The position numbers and the translations under genes were made by a program. From an uncultured delta proteobacterium (GTDB lineage Bacteria > Desulfobacterota > RBG-13-43-22): a stretch of DNA of 64,000 nucleotides. The DNA is taken from the NCBI GenBank assembly GCA_963743305.1, contig CAVUPH010000018.1, positions 32,001 to 96,000 on the forward strand, given 5' to 3'. Below the pieces are notes generated by a model. It was given only the letters and a program-made list of their open reading frames with translations, was not told the origin of the DNA and did not search any database. This document shows, piece after piece, positions 1-9,635 of this stretch; within the stretch, counting starts at the first letter, position 1; each line of letters opens with the position of its first letter.

Positions 1-1
1 T

Positions 2-940
2 TTCGCCAAAATACTTTTCACCCTGGTTGGGCTATTGGCTATAGCCCCTGATCTGGCTGCCCAAGAGCCGATGGCCCCCTTCTTTCTCATGGGCGACGGC
101 TGGTTGCATATTCGGAATGCCCAGAATAACCTGGAGATCAAGGTCAATCTGCTCAACGCCGACGGATCCTTGAACGATTCGGCCTTGAGCCAGGTCGACA
201 CTGTTTTTGGCTTTTCCACTAAGGGTCAGGGAGAGCATATCTCGCCTCGATTGCTCTTTATGCTCGATTACTTCTCGGATCTAGTGGCGCCGGGGAAATT
301 GATTCACCTTCATTCCGGATACCGGAATCCGGAATACAACAGCAAGCTTAAGCAGGCGGGGCTAACCGTGGCCAAGACCAGCCTGCATATAGACGGCATG
401 GCCCTGGATTTCTCCATCGAGGGGGTGAAAGGCCGGGATCTCTGGGAAATCATCCGGCAGAAGAACTGCTGCGGTGTTGGTCATTACGGCGGCGAGATCG
501 TTCACCTGGATGCCGGCCGGCCCCGATTCTGGGAGAAGGCCACGGCCGGAGTCGGCACCGGCGAGAGCGATTATAACCGGCGCCTGACCCTCTCCACGGA
601 ATTTGATCGCTACCGGCCCGGACAAAGGGTGCGGGTCATTTTGGCCTCATTGAGTGACTTGGGGTTTGGGATCAACCGGTCGGGTGTCCTGGTCGGTGAT
701 CGGGAAGGGGAAGAATCCGTCGCCGGTTTGAACCTCCAAAACAGCGACAGCCAGGACTGTATTTTTATTCAGGACCGGAGGGCTACCCGTTTTATTTATT
801 TTGACCTCCCCCCGGAAATCACGGAAGGCCGCTACCGGATTCGTCTTGACTTTTGCCGACGGCCTTTTGAGCAGATGCCGTTCAAGGCCGTGTCCAATGA
901 GATCGAGATATGGAGCTCACTGAAGAAATCAGAAAAATAG
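2..940 (+). CDS. YcbK/DUF882 (peptidase M15-like) exported protein with C-terminal extension; 5' end outside window
   Basis: SGYRNPEYN, SLHIDGMALD and VHLDAG motifs; frame stays open to the window edge through a hydrophobic signal-like stretch (FAKILFTLVGLLAIA). Confidence 0.8.
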   Translation, partial: FAKILFTLVGLLAIAPDLAAQEPMAPFFLMGDGWLHIRNAQNNLEIKVNLLNADGSLNDSALSQVDTVFGFSTKGQGEHISPRLLFMLDYFSDLVAPGKLIHLHSGYRNPEYNSKLKQAGLTVAKTSLHIDGMALDFSIEGVKGRDLWEIIRQKNCCGVGHYGGEIVHLDAGRPRFWEKATAGVGTGESDYNRRLTLSTEFDRYRPGQRVRVILASLSDLGFGINRSGVLVGDREGEESVAGLNLQNSDSQDCIFIQDRRATRFIYFDLPPEITEGRYRIRLDFCRRPFEQMPFKAVSNEIEIWSSLKKSEK

Positions 941-1338
941 CCGAGGGAATTCCGGCCGAACTGAAAGAAGAGAAGCACGGCTTTCTATTGGAATGGGTGG
1001 TGGCGGAGAGAAAAAGCTTTCTGTCGAAAAAGAAGCTGGTCTATCAGGCGAAAATTCACCTGGATCGGGAACGGAATGAGCTTCGCTTCTCCGAAAGGCT
1101 GAAAGAAAGCGGATTCGGACTTTCCGCCGGCGGATCGGCCGATGATCTCAGTCCCGGCTTTGGTTTCAAGACCGAAACCTACCGCAGCGGTTCGGGCCCG
1201 AGAGTAGGGACCCTGGAGGAACAGTCCAACCTGTTCGGACGCAAATATGAGTACCGATTTGACTTCGGCCTGATCCGGCGGTCCATCGAAGCTAAAACCG
1301 TCGAGGCCGGGTACCGGTTCGTATATTCCATTTTCTAA
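910..1338 (+). CDS. Hypothetical protein
   Basis: 142-aa ORF overlapping the upstream stop, host-like codon usage. Confidence 0.65.
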   Translation: MELTEEIRKIAEGIPAELKEEKHGFLLEWVVAERKSFLSKKKLVYQAKIHLDRERNELRFSERLKESGFGLSAGGSADDLSPGFGFKTETYRSGSGPRVGTLEEQSNLFGRKYEYRFDFGLIRRSIEAKTVEAGYRFVYSIF

Positions 1339-1362
1339 TAACGCGAGTTTGAATCGAACCGG

Positions 1363-1641
1363 TTATTTTCCGCCGGAGAAAAAGGTCATCCAAACCCCCA
1401 ATACCATAAAAAGCACCCCGGCCCCCATTTTTATCATCTGGGGTGGGATCAGCTTGTGGACGACCCCTCCCAGGAGCACTCCCAGCAGGGAAGTCAGGAC
1501 CAGTGCCCCGGCCGAACCTAAAAAGACGGCCAGACGTGATGAGCTGTTGGCTGAAAAGGCAAAAGTGGCCAACTGGGTCTTATCCCCCAATTCAGCCAGA
1601 AAGATCATCCCGAAGGTAGTGAACAAGGTTTTATAGTCCAT
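1363..1641 (-). CDS. TMEM165/GDT1 (UPF0016) family Ca/Mn transporter, single-repeat form
   Basis: FLAELGDKTQL signature, three hydrophobic helices. Confidence 0.9.
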   Translation of the reverse strand: MDYKTLFTTFGMIFLAELGDKTQLATFAFSANSSSRLAVFLGSAGALVLTSLLGVLLGGVVHKLIPPQMIKMGAGVLFMVLGVWMTFFSGGK

Positions 1642-1744
1642 GAAATTCTCCCGAGTGTATTTTATTATAACATTCGATTTTAAGGGTGTATATTTACCTG
1701 ATTTTAATACCGGATGACAACCCCATTATTTAAAGGAGGACAAA

Positions 1745-1858
1745 ATGGCTGAATGCTTCTATCCCAAGGACGGCCGCAAGTATATTCCACAACTGAAGGA
1801 GCTGAAACCCGAACTCTTCGAATCCTTCATATCCCTGGAAACCTTGGATCCCAAATAA
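1745..1858 (+). CDS. 37-aa small ORF, possibly a truncated CMD/AhpD-like N-terminus
   Basis: Strong RBS AAAGGAGG then ATG; MAECFYPKDGRKYIPQLKELKPELFESFISLETLDPK*; not in ORF track. Confidence 0.45.
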   Translation: MAECFYPKDGRKYIPQLKELKPELFESFISLETLDPK

Positions 1859-1893
1859 AGGGGGAAAACGATCGGGGGGAGTTGAACCTATCT

Positions 1894-2394
1894 ATGGCGA
1901 ATATCCTTTGTTTTACCAGAAATCGATGCACCACCGTGGAAAGGGTGGATGATCAGACGACCCGATCCACCTGCCGCGTCCAGGATACGCTGATGGAGGC
2001 CTGGGTGGAGATCCTGGTTAAGTCTCCCGACCTGGAAATCGTTGAGGTGAGGGGTCAAGTCAGACGGTCCGGTGAAGGGGACCGGGCCGACATCTCCCCG
2101 GATCTGCAACAAGTCCTCGGCGCCCGGGTGGGGCCGGGGATCAAGAAAATCATTCGGGGTCTTATCGCCAGCGGGCCAATGCGGGAAACGTTATCCAACC
2201 TTTTAGATGAATGCTGTAACGGCGTCATCCTCTCTTTTACCCGGGACGTCCTGGTACTGGCCCCCCGGGACCGGGCCGGCGAGAAGGACTTTTTTTCCAG
2301 CATGGTTCGGGCCAATCCCAGGTTGTACAACAGTTGCGCGGCCCTTTCCGCGGACAGCCCGCTGATGGCGGACCTGGTTCTTGAAAAGGACTAA
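1894..2394 (+). CDS. DUF2889-like protein
   Basis: FTRNR start, GARVGPG and LLDECCNG motifs; paralogous to N-terminus of next gene; start moved to ATG 1894. Confidence 0.6.
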   Translation: MANILCFTRNRCTTVERVDDQTTRSTCRVQDTLMEAWVEILVKSPDLEIVEVRGQVRRSGEGDRADISPDLQQVLGARVGPGIKKIIRGLIASGPMRETLSNLLDECCNGVILSFTRDVLVLAPRDRAGEKDFFSSMVRANPRLYNSCAALSADSPLMADLVLEKD

Positions 2395-2458
2395 CCAAAA
2401 TTTAAATATTTTTGGTTAAAACTCGAAATCCAAATTTCGAAACTCGAAACAAATTCAA

Positions 2459-3580
2459 ATGCTAAAATTCGCTAGAAATAAACTGACCAGCGTTTACCGG
2501 AAGGGTGAAGACCGGTTGTCGGTTCATGGGGTATTGGAAGACGACATCTACGGCCTGGAGATTGACCTGGACCTGAGTCTCTCCGGTTTGGAGGTCCTGT
2601 CCATCCAGGGGCGCTGGAATCGGATGGAGAATGCGGAATGCCCCCGGGCCCTCCCGTTTCTACAGGAGGCGGTGGGATTCCGGATCGATCAGGATTTTAC
2701 CCAGAAAGTTCAAAAGATCGTGGGCCGAAGGTCCTGCCGACATTTTGCGGATTTGATTCTGGAGTGCGGCGAAGCGGCTCGAGATGCCGCCCGGCTCATC
2801 CGGGGAAAGGATCCGGAACTTCAAAGGCCGGAGATGGAGGTCCAGGACTATTTCGGGAAGGCCGGTGAGTCGGGAAAAACCGAGGCCCCGTCCGACTTTT
2901 CCGTTGAGGGAAAAGTGGCGGAACGCGGCCGGGAGGTCTCCCGGGGAATGGTGATCGACCTCCATGTCCATTCCTCCCCGGCCTCCCCCTGCAGTTCCAA
3001 TCCGCTGGAGCGGCTGATTGGAGAGGCCCGGGCCATCGGCCTGGATGGAATCTGCCTGACCGATCACCATCATGTTTGGGATCCGGCAGAGGTGGAAGAC
3101 CTCCGCCAAAAACACGGCTTTCTGATTCTGAGAGGAAATGAAATCACTACGGACCAGGGAGATATCCTGGTTTTGGGTCTGGAAGAGGATATTCAGGGGG
3201 TGATTCGACTGGAAGAACTCCGGGAAAGGGCGGTGAAGGCCGGCGCTTTTATGATCGCGGCCCATCCCTTCCGCGGTTTTCTGACCTTCGGGATCGGGTA
3301 TCTCGGCCTGACGTCGGAAAAGGCCGGGGAGCGGCCGGTCTTCCAGGGGGTGGATGCCGTGGAGGTCTTGAACGGCCGGGTATCCGAAAAAGAAAACCGC
3401 TTTGCCGCCCGAGTGGCGGAAGGTCTCGGGCTGCCGCTGACCGGTGGGAGCGACGCCCATCAGGCCGGGGAAGTGGGCCGGTACGCCACCCGCTTTGCCG
3501 ACCCGATTCATGATGAACGAGATCTGGTCGAGGCTTTGAGAAAAGGCCGGTTTTCCCCGGTAGTCTTTCGAAAACAGTAA
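2459..3580 (+). CDS. DUF2889-like domain fused to PHP-family phosphoesterase
   Basis: N-terminal ECPRA..SCRHFADL; PHP motifs DLHVHS, LTDHH, AAHPFR, GGSDAH. Confidence 0.75.
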   Translation: MLKFARNKLTSVYRKGEDRLSVHGVLEDDIYGLEIDLDLSLSGLEVLSIQGRWNRMENAECPRALPFLQEAVGFRIDQDFTQKVQKIVGRRSCRHFADLILECGEAARDAARLIRGKDPELQRPEMEVQDYFGKAGESGKTEAPSDFSVEGKVAERGREVSRGMVIDLHVHSSPASPCSSNPLERLIGEARAIGLDGICLTDHHHVWDPAEVEDLRQKHGFLILRGNEITTDQGDILVLGLEEDIQGVIRLEELRERAVKAGAFMIAAHPFRGFLTFGIGYLGLTSEKAGERPVFQGVDAVEVLNGRVSEKENRFAARVAEGLGLPLTGGSDAHQAGEVGRYATRFADPIHDERDLVEALRKGRFSPVVFRKQ

Positions 3581-3683
3581 GCGGCTGTTTGCTAAACCAC
3601 TATCCGCATATATTAATTCTTCAGCCTGCCGAGAGCCAGACGGCAACGGGGGCTGGATCTACTATGATATACCTCGAACGTTA

Positions 3684-5141
3684 TTGGCTAAAATTATGAT
3701 AACGGATGAAACGGTAATGAACGCGCCCCGGAACTGGGAAAAGATCGTTCGACGGATGGAGCAGTTGTTGCGGCTGAAATCTTTTCCGGTGGCCTTCAAG
3801 ATGCTGGAGAACAAGGCGGAGCTGGAGGCCATTCCCTTCATTCGCCGCCTGGACAAAAAAGTCACCCTCTGCCAGTTGATTACCCTGGCCCGAAACTTCG
3901 ACTGGACGGTGGGTGCGGAAGGAGACGACTTTCTCTCCCCCACCTGCCCCTCCATCCTGGGCCTGACCGAGGTGCCGGAAATAAACCGGGACGGGACCTT
4001 CCGCAGCATTGTCTGGGTCAAGACCCGGGAGGAAGCCCAAAAGTTCGAGGCCGCCATCCCTCGCCTGCCCCTGGGAAAATACCAAGCCGTAGTCCTGGCA
4101 CCCCTGGTCTACAAACCTTTTGAGCCCGATATCGTCCTGATCTACGCCAATCCGGCCCAAATGATACTCCTGATCAATGCCCTCCAATTTGAAAAATACG
4201 AAGTGATGCAGTTTTATTGTGTGGGAGAGTCTTCCTGTTCGGATGCCATTTCTCGCTGTTACCTGACGGGAAAACCCTCGCTGACCATTCCCTGCTATGG
4301 GGAGCGGCGCTACGGCCACGCCCAGGATGAAGACCTGGTGATGGCCTTGTCGCCAGAGGATATGGAAAAAGCTTTAAGAGGGCTGGAGACCCTCTACCGG
4401 AGGGGCATCCGCTATCCCATCAGTTATGCGGGGGCCGAACAGGACCTCACCCGGGCCTTTCCCGGGTCCTATAACGGCCTGGGGCAACTGGAAGCGATCC
4501 GGGGCCGGGATGAGCGATTTCTCCTGGGCGTGACCGGAGGCATTGCCTGCGGAAAGACCACCGTGGTCAACCTGCTTCGGGCGAAGGGAGCTGCGGTGAT
4601 CGACTTCGATCTTTTGGCCAGAAGCGTGGTGGAGCCCGATAAACCGGCCTGGAAGGATATTGTGGCCTACTTCGGGGAACAGGTCCTCCAGGAAGATCGG
4701 AGCCTGGATCGAAAAAAGTTGTCGGAGATCGTCTTCCAGGATCTGGAGAAACGGAAAAGACTTGAGGGGTTCACCCATCCCCGGATACTCGGGGAGTTTA
4801 TTCAGGAGCTGAATACAATCGTCTCCGCTAACCCTCAGGCCATTGTCCTGGTGGACATTCCGCTGTTGATCGAGCTGAACCTTCAGTATCTGTTTCATAA
4901 ACTCCTGGTGGTTTATGTGCCGGAAGAAGAACAGATCCAACGACTGATGAAGCGGGACGCCATCAGCCGGGAGGAGGCGGCCGGTCGGCTCCAGGCGCAG
5001 CTTCCCATTGATGAGAAGGTGGGCTACGCGGATTTTGTCATCCACAATGAAGGCTCGCTGGAAGAGACAAGAAAACAGGTGGATGCGCTTTGGAATAAGC
5101 TAAAGCAGCTCCAAGAGGAAAAGACGAAGCAGGTTTTTTAG
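3684..5141 (+). CDS. coaE: DUF169 domain fused to dephospho-CoA kinase
   Basis: N-terminal TLCQ, PDIVLIYANPAQM, PCYGER; C-terminal GVTGGIACGKTT P-loop, LDRKKL, THPRI, DIPLLIE, QLPIDEK. Confidence 0.85.
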   Translation: MAKIMITDETVMNAPRNWEKIVRRMEQLLRLKSFPVAFKMLENKAELEAIPFIRRLDKKVTLCQLITLARNFDWTVGAEGDDFLSPTCPSILGLTEVPEINRDGTFRSIVWVKTREEAQKFEAAIPRLPLGKYQAVVLAPLVYKPFEPDIVLIYANPAQMILLINALQFEKYEVMQFYCVGESSCSDAISRCYLTGKPSLTIPCYGERRYGHAQDEDLVMALSPEDMEKALRGLETLYRRGIRYPISYAGAEQDLTRAFPGSYNGLGQLEAIRGRDERFLLGVTGGIACGKTTVVNLLRAKGAAVIDFDLLARSVVEPDKPAWKDIVAYFGEQVLQEDRSLDRKKLSEIVFQDLEKRKRLEGFTHPRILGEFIQELNTIVSANPQAIVLVDIPLLIELNLQYLFHKLLVVYVPEEEQIQRLMKRDAISREEAAGRLQAQLPIDEKVGYADFVIHNEGSLEETRKQVDALWNKLKQLQEEKTKQVF

Positions 5142-5153
5142 AGGTTATTTCTC

Positions 5154-5236
5154 GTCATCCCCGAATGTCTTTATCGGGGATCCAATGTCCCCAGAGAAAA
5201 ACCTGGATTCCCGCTGAAAAGCGCTGCGGGAATGAT
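5154..5236. repeat. REP-like palindromic element, family B
   Basis: GTCATCCCCGAATG..ATCGGGGATCC..CTGGATTCCCGCT..AAGCGCTGCGGGAATGA; related copies at about 6910-6992, 15885-15955 and 25847-25870. Confidence 0.75.
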
Positions 5237-5314
5237 GCTCCATGATTTGGTTTTATTTTGAGACCGGTTAAAACAAGAGAATCTTTAAATCCGAAATCCG
5301 ACCATGGTAATCCC

Positions 5315-6682
5315 ATGAAAAATAACCCTTTGCCCTCTAATTTACAGGACCTCCCCCGGATGCTCTATGCCGATGAGCAGGGAAGGATTTTTGAACATCC
5401 TTATTTGCGGATGGCCGGGTTCTTCGGACGCCATCCGGCCCCCATCGCTAAGGATGATCTGATCCCCATGCCGGAATTCAGCAAGCTTTTCTATCTGCCG
5501 GGGTGTGCGCCCCTGGGCCGGGACCCGGAGACCGGTGAATACCGCCTGGTTTCCGAGATCCTCGTCGCCGGGGAAAAGATTCGTTGTTCAGCCGTGGCGG
5601 CCTTCCCCGAACCGGGGCTGGTGCGCAGCCATTTGCCGGCGGCGGACTATCGGTACCGGGAAGTGCCCCTGCCCCTTTGGGGGTATACGGCTGTGGGCTT
5701 CAAACGGGGCCGCTACCGGATCGCCGCCTTCCGGATTGAATCCAACTTCCGGTGGGACCCGCGCAATTTCGATGACCGAGAATTGATGCCGGCTATTCGG
5801 CGCTATCAAAAGAAGCAGGCTGGGGGGCCCCTCTTGGAACACCTCATCGGCTGCGCTGTTCAAAACCACTGTTTCGCCGCCAAGAACCTTTTTTTGGGCC
5901 GCTGGGAGGCACCCCTGCCGGTGAGTCGCCGCTGCAACGCCCGCTGCCTGGGTTGTCTTTCCCTGCAGGGAAAAGAGACCTGCGCCGCTTCCCATCAGCG
6001 CATCGGCTTTAAACCGGATCGGGAAGAGATCGTCTCCCTCGCCGTGCGGCATCTCCGGCAGGCCCCGGATGCGGTAGTCAGCTTTGGACAGGGCTGCGAA
6101 GGGGAGCCCTTAACCGAATACCGGCTGATTGCCGACAGTATCCGGGAGATCCGTCGCCGGACCGACCGGGGAACTATCAATCTCAATACCAACGGCAGCC
6201 TGCCGGAGCGGATTCGGCTGTTGGCCCAAAACGGGCTGGACAGCATCCGGATCAGCCTGAACAGCGCCCGTCCCTCGTTTTACCAGGCCTATTATCGTCC
6301 CCAGGGGTATGCTTTTAAGGAGGTGGTCACCTCCCTAAAAACGGCTGTGGATCAGGGCTTGTTTACCATGGTCAATTACCTGGTTTTCCCGGGCATCACC
6401 GACCAGGAGTCGGAGTTGAGGGCCATACAAAAAGTAATCCGCCGCACCGGCCTGAATTTTCTGCATCTCAAAAATTTAAATATCGACCCCGAGTTTTATC
6501 TGAGCCGGTTGCCCGTTTCCAGATCTCCCTCCCTAGGGCATAAAAATATGGTGACCGTGCTAAAAAAGGAATTTCCCGAGATGCAACTGGGGTACTTTAA
6601 CCAAGCGGTTAAGCGAAAAAGATCGCGGGTTCAATACGAAAATAGGGTCCAAGCTCACCAGCGCTCAGGCCTTTCCCCTTAG
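5315..6682 (+). CDS. Radical SAM protein
   Basis: CNARCLGC motif, SFGQGCEGEPL, INLNTNGS. Confidence 0.85.
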   Translation: MKNNPLPSNLQDLPRMLYADEQGRIFEHPYLRMAGFFGRHPAPIAKDDLIPMPEFSKLFYLPGCAPLGRDPETGEYRLVSEILVAGEKIRCSAVAAFPEPGLVRSHLPAADYRYREVPLPLWGYTAVGFKRGRYRIAAFRIESNFRWDPRNFDDRELMPAIRRYQKKQAGGPLLEHLIGCAVQNHCFAAKNLFLGRWEAPLPVSRRCNARCLGCLSLQGKETCAASHQRIGFKPDREEIVSLAVRHLRQAPDAVVSFGQGCEGEPLTEYRLIADSIREIRRRTDRGTINLNTNGSLPERIRLLAQNGLDSIRISLNSARPSFYQAYYRPQGYAFKEVVTSLKTAVDQGLFTMVNYLVFPGITDQESELRAIQKVIRRTGLNFLHLKNLNIDPEFYLSRLPVSRSPSLGHKNMVTVLKKEFPEMQLGYFNQAVKRKRSRVQYENRVQAHQRSGLSP

Positions 6683-7047
6683 GCTATTTCATGCTTCGTG
6701 GCCTCAGGAGGCCATGGGGGTTATACTATCAAGCGCCACCTTGGGCATTGTTTTTACCGTCATGCCGGAAACGATCTGGCATCCAGGTACTTTGAGAGTT
6801 AACCGAGGCCTGGATTCCGGATCGCGCTTCGCTTGTCCGGAATGACGAGATGACTCGATCCGTTCAAAGCCTAATTACATGCTTCGCAGGTGGCCCTGAT
6901 GAAAAACTCGTCACACCCGAATGCTTTTATCGGGGATCCACTCCTCTTCTCGAGGACCTGGATTCCCGCTCAAGAGCGCTGCGGGAATGACGATCTTCTT
7001 TGAAGTGGTGGCCATTGAGGGACCAGTTAGAGGTCAAAAAAGCAATC

Positions 7048-7431
7048 ATGCGTCCTCTCGACCTTTCCATGGATGAATTTGAAAAGATGACCTCCCAGGC
7101 TATCAGGGAGATACCGGAAGATTTCCTGGAAGCCCTGGAAAATGTGGAAGTCTTTGTGGAGGAGGAAGCCGGACCGGAGGTCTTGGACGAAGTGGAGATC
7201 GGCTTCCCGGGCAATCTCCTGGGTCTTTATCAGGGCGTACCCCGGGGTGAGCAGAGCGCCTTTAACCCCCCGCCCATCCTGCCGCACCGGATTATACTCT
7301 TCCGTCGCCCGATCCTCCGGATATGCCGAAACCGGAGGGAAGTGGTAGAACAAATAAAAAAAACCCTGGTCCATGAAATTGCCCATCATTTCGGTTTTTC
7401 TGATAACCGCCTCCGGGATTTGGGTTATTGA
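7048..7431 (+). CDS. Zincin-like metallopeptidase
   Basis: LLGLYQGVP and HEIAHHFG (HExxH). Confidence 0.85.
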   Translation: MRPLDLSMDEFEKMTSQAIREIPEDFLEALENVEVFVEEEAGPEVLDEVEIGFPGNLLGLYQGVPRGEQSAFNPPPILPHRIILFRRPILRICRNRREVVEQIKKTLVHEIAHHFGFSDNRLRDLGY

Positions 7432-7520
7432 GGCCCGTTTTTATGTTTGACAAAGGGGTTTGCTTTTAGATATAGAAAATGACATAAGGGACCGAAGCTC
7501 CACAAGTTAAGGAGGTTGGC

Positions 7521-8453
7521 ATGAGTGCCCAGGGAAAACCAAAGGCCTTGATCTTGGTTATCGACGATGAAATGATCGTCCATCAGAGTATTTCCAGAAT
7601 TCTCGAAGCGGAGGACTATCGAGTGGACGGGGTCCTCCGGGTGGACGAAGCCCTGGAGCGGCTGAATAAAACGCCCTACGATCTGGTGTTGACCGACCTG
7701 ATGATCCCTGAAAAAAGCGGGATGGAGGCGGTCAAGGTCATCGCCCGAGATCATCCCGACATGGGCGTGGTAATGTTTACCGGTTTTCCCACCGTTGATT
7801 CCGCGGTCGAATCGATGAAGCTGGGCTCCCTGGATTACCTGCCCAAGCCCTTCACTCCGGACGAATTGCTGGCCGTGGTTGACCGGTCCCTGGAAAGAAT
7901 CCAAAAAATTCGACGGGAACGAGAACTGGAGGAAATATACTCCGAAGCCGAAATGGCGATCCAGTCCAGTCTGGAACTGAAGGAAATCCTAAATTCCATC
8001 AATGAAAATGTGGTTCGCCTCTTTAAAGTCAAGGGCAGTTCCCTTTTAATCCTCAACAAGAAAAAGGAGACCCTGGAACTGGCTTCCTCCCTGGGGCTTT
8101 CCGAGAGCTACTTGCAGAAGGGGATCATCGACGCCACAAAAAGCGTGCCCGAGGTGCTCAGGTCCAGCGAAGCGGTGGTGGTCCAGGCCGACCAGTTTGA
8201 AAATCAACTTCAGTATCCGGAGGAGGCTCGCCGGGAAGGGATCTCCACGATCCTCTCCTATCCGCTCAAGGTGCAAGACCGGATTTCGGGTATGCTGCGG
8301 CTCTATAGCCAACAGCCCCGTTCTTTCAGCCGGGAGGATCTGGACCTGCTCCAGAAATTCGCCGAGCAGGGAACTAGGGCCATCGAAAACGCCTTGGCTT
8401 ACGCCAAAGTGCGCAACGACCTGGAAGCGCTCCAGAAATACGTCCCGGATTAG
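7521..8453 (+). CDS. Response regulator, REC-GAF
   Basis: LVIDDE, DLVLTD, YLPKPF; GAF with LSYPLK..GMLRLY..AIENA. Confidence 0.85.
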   Translation: MSAQGKPKALILVIDDEMIVHQSISRILEAEDYRVDGVLRVDEALERLNKTPYDLVLTDLMIPEKSGMEAVKVIARDHPDMGVVMFTGFPTVDSAVESMKLGSLDYLPKPFTPDELLAVVDRSLERIQKIRRERELEEIYSEAEMAIQSSLELKEILNSINENVVRLFKVKGSSLLILNKKKETLELASSLGLSESYLQKGIIDATKSVPEVLRSSEAVVVQADQFENQLQYPEEARREGISTILSYPLKVQDRISGMLRLYSQQPRSFSREDLDLLQKFAEQGTRAIENALAYAKVRNDLEALQKYVPD

Positions 8454-8593
8454 ATTTTTACATCCATTGTCCTGAGAATTGGTCTCTAACAATGGATGTA
8501 AGAATCTAAATTAATAGACGTTAGCTTTAAATCTGTTATGTGGTTTTTTTATAGCCAAAAATATTTCTAATATTTTTGGCTCGGGAGAAGAAA

Positions 8594-9541
8594 ATGACCG
8601 CAGAGATCAAAGGGAACGTCCTGGTTTTAGACGGCGATCCCCAGGTGCTGGAAGAAATGACCCGTCTGCTGGAAGCCGGTCAATACCGGGTATCCTCTTG
8701 CCGGACCGGAAAAGAGGCGCTCGCCCTATTCAAGGAAAAAGATTTTGACCTATTGATTTTCGAGTGGCGTTTGGACGGTCGGGACGGCTTTCAGGTCATG
8801 GAATCGGTCGGCAAGCTGGATCCGACCCTGGCCATGGTGGTCGTGACCGCCTTTCCTGATGTGGATTCGGCTGTCAAGGCCATGCGTTTGGGCGCCAAGG
8901 ATTATCTCAAAAAGCCCCTGGTTCCGGAACAGCTCCTGGCCGTGGTCGGGAGGATGATTGCTGACCGAAAAGCCCTTAGGGCTCAAAGGGAATGTAAGGC
9001 GATCTTGGAAGAACTCAAGCGGAAGATCTCCTCGTCCTTGAATCTCCAGGAGGTGTTGGACCTGATTGCCGCCGGGGTAACCAAAGGGATGGGGGCCAAA
9101 GGTTGCACCATCAGCCTCCTGGACAAAAAGCGGGATCAACTGAAGGTAGTGGCCTATCAGGGACTGACCCAGAAGTATATCGAAAAAGGCCCGATTGATC
9201 CCGCCCGCAGCCTGGGCGGGATGGTCCAAAGCGGCCAAGACCTTTTGGTCGAGGACGTCGCTCGGGATAGCCGGGTCCAATACCCCGAAGAGGCCAAGGA
9301 AGAAGGTATTCGATCCATCCTGAGCGTGCCTTTGCTGCTCAAACAGCAACTTATCGGGGCATTGCGAATTTATACGGCCACGGCCCATAATTTTTCCCCG
9401 GAAGAATTCAAATTCCTTCACGGACTGGCGGATCAGGCCGCGCTGGCCATTGAAAATGCCCGTTCCTACGAAGACATGAAAAAGAAATACGAGGCCTTGC
9501 GCGGGGATCTGGTCGATTATTTTGAAGACGGCTGGACTTAG
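8594..9541 (+). CDS. REC-GAF protein with atypical receiver
   Basis: REC fold with DLLIFEW (Glu at the phospho-Asp site); GAF with LSVPLL..AIENA. Confidence 0.8.
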   Translation: MTAEIKGNVLVLDGDPQVLEEMTRLLEAGQYRVSSCRTGKEALALFKEKDFDLLIFEWRLDGRDGFQVMESVGKLDPTLAMVVVTAFPDVDSAVKAMRLGAKDYLKKPLVPEQLLAVVGRMIADRKALRAQRECKAILEELKRKISSSLNLQEVLDLIAAGVTKGMGAKGCTISLLDKKRDQLKVVAYQGLTQKYIEKGPIDPARSLGGMVQSGQDLLVEDVARDSRVQYPEEAKEEGIRSILSVPLLLKQQLIGALRIYTATAHNFSPEEFKFLHGLADQAALAIENARSYEDMKKKYEALRGDLVDYFEDGWT

Positions 9542-9635
9542 AGGGCCTGCCGTATCCCGTAGCCCTCTCTCTTTATTCCTTAATTTTTTCGCCGCAGTAG
9601 GGTCCTCCCATACCATCCAGGTGGCTTAAACCGCA

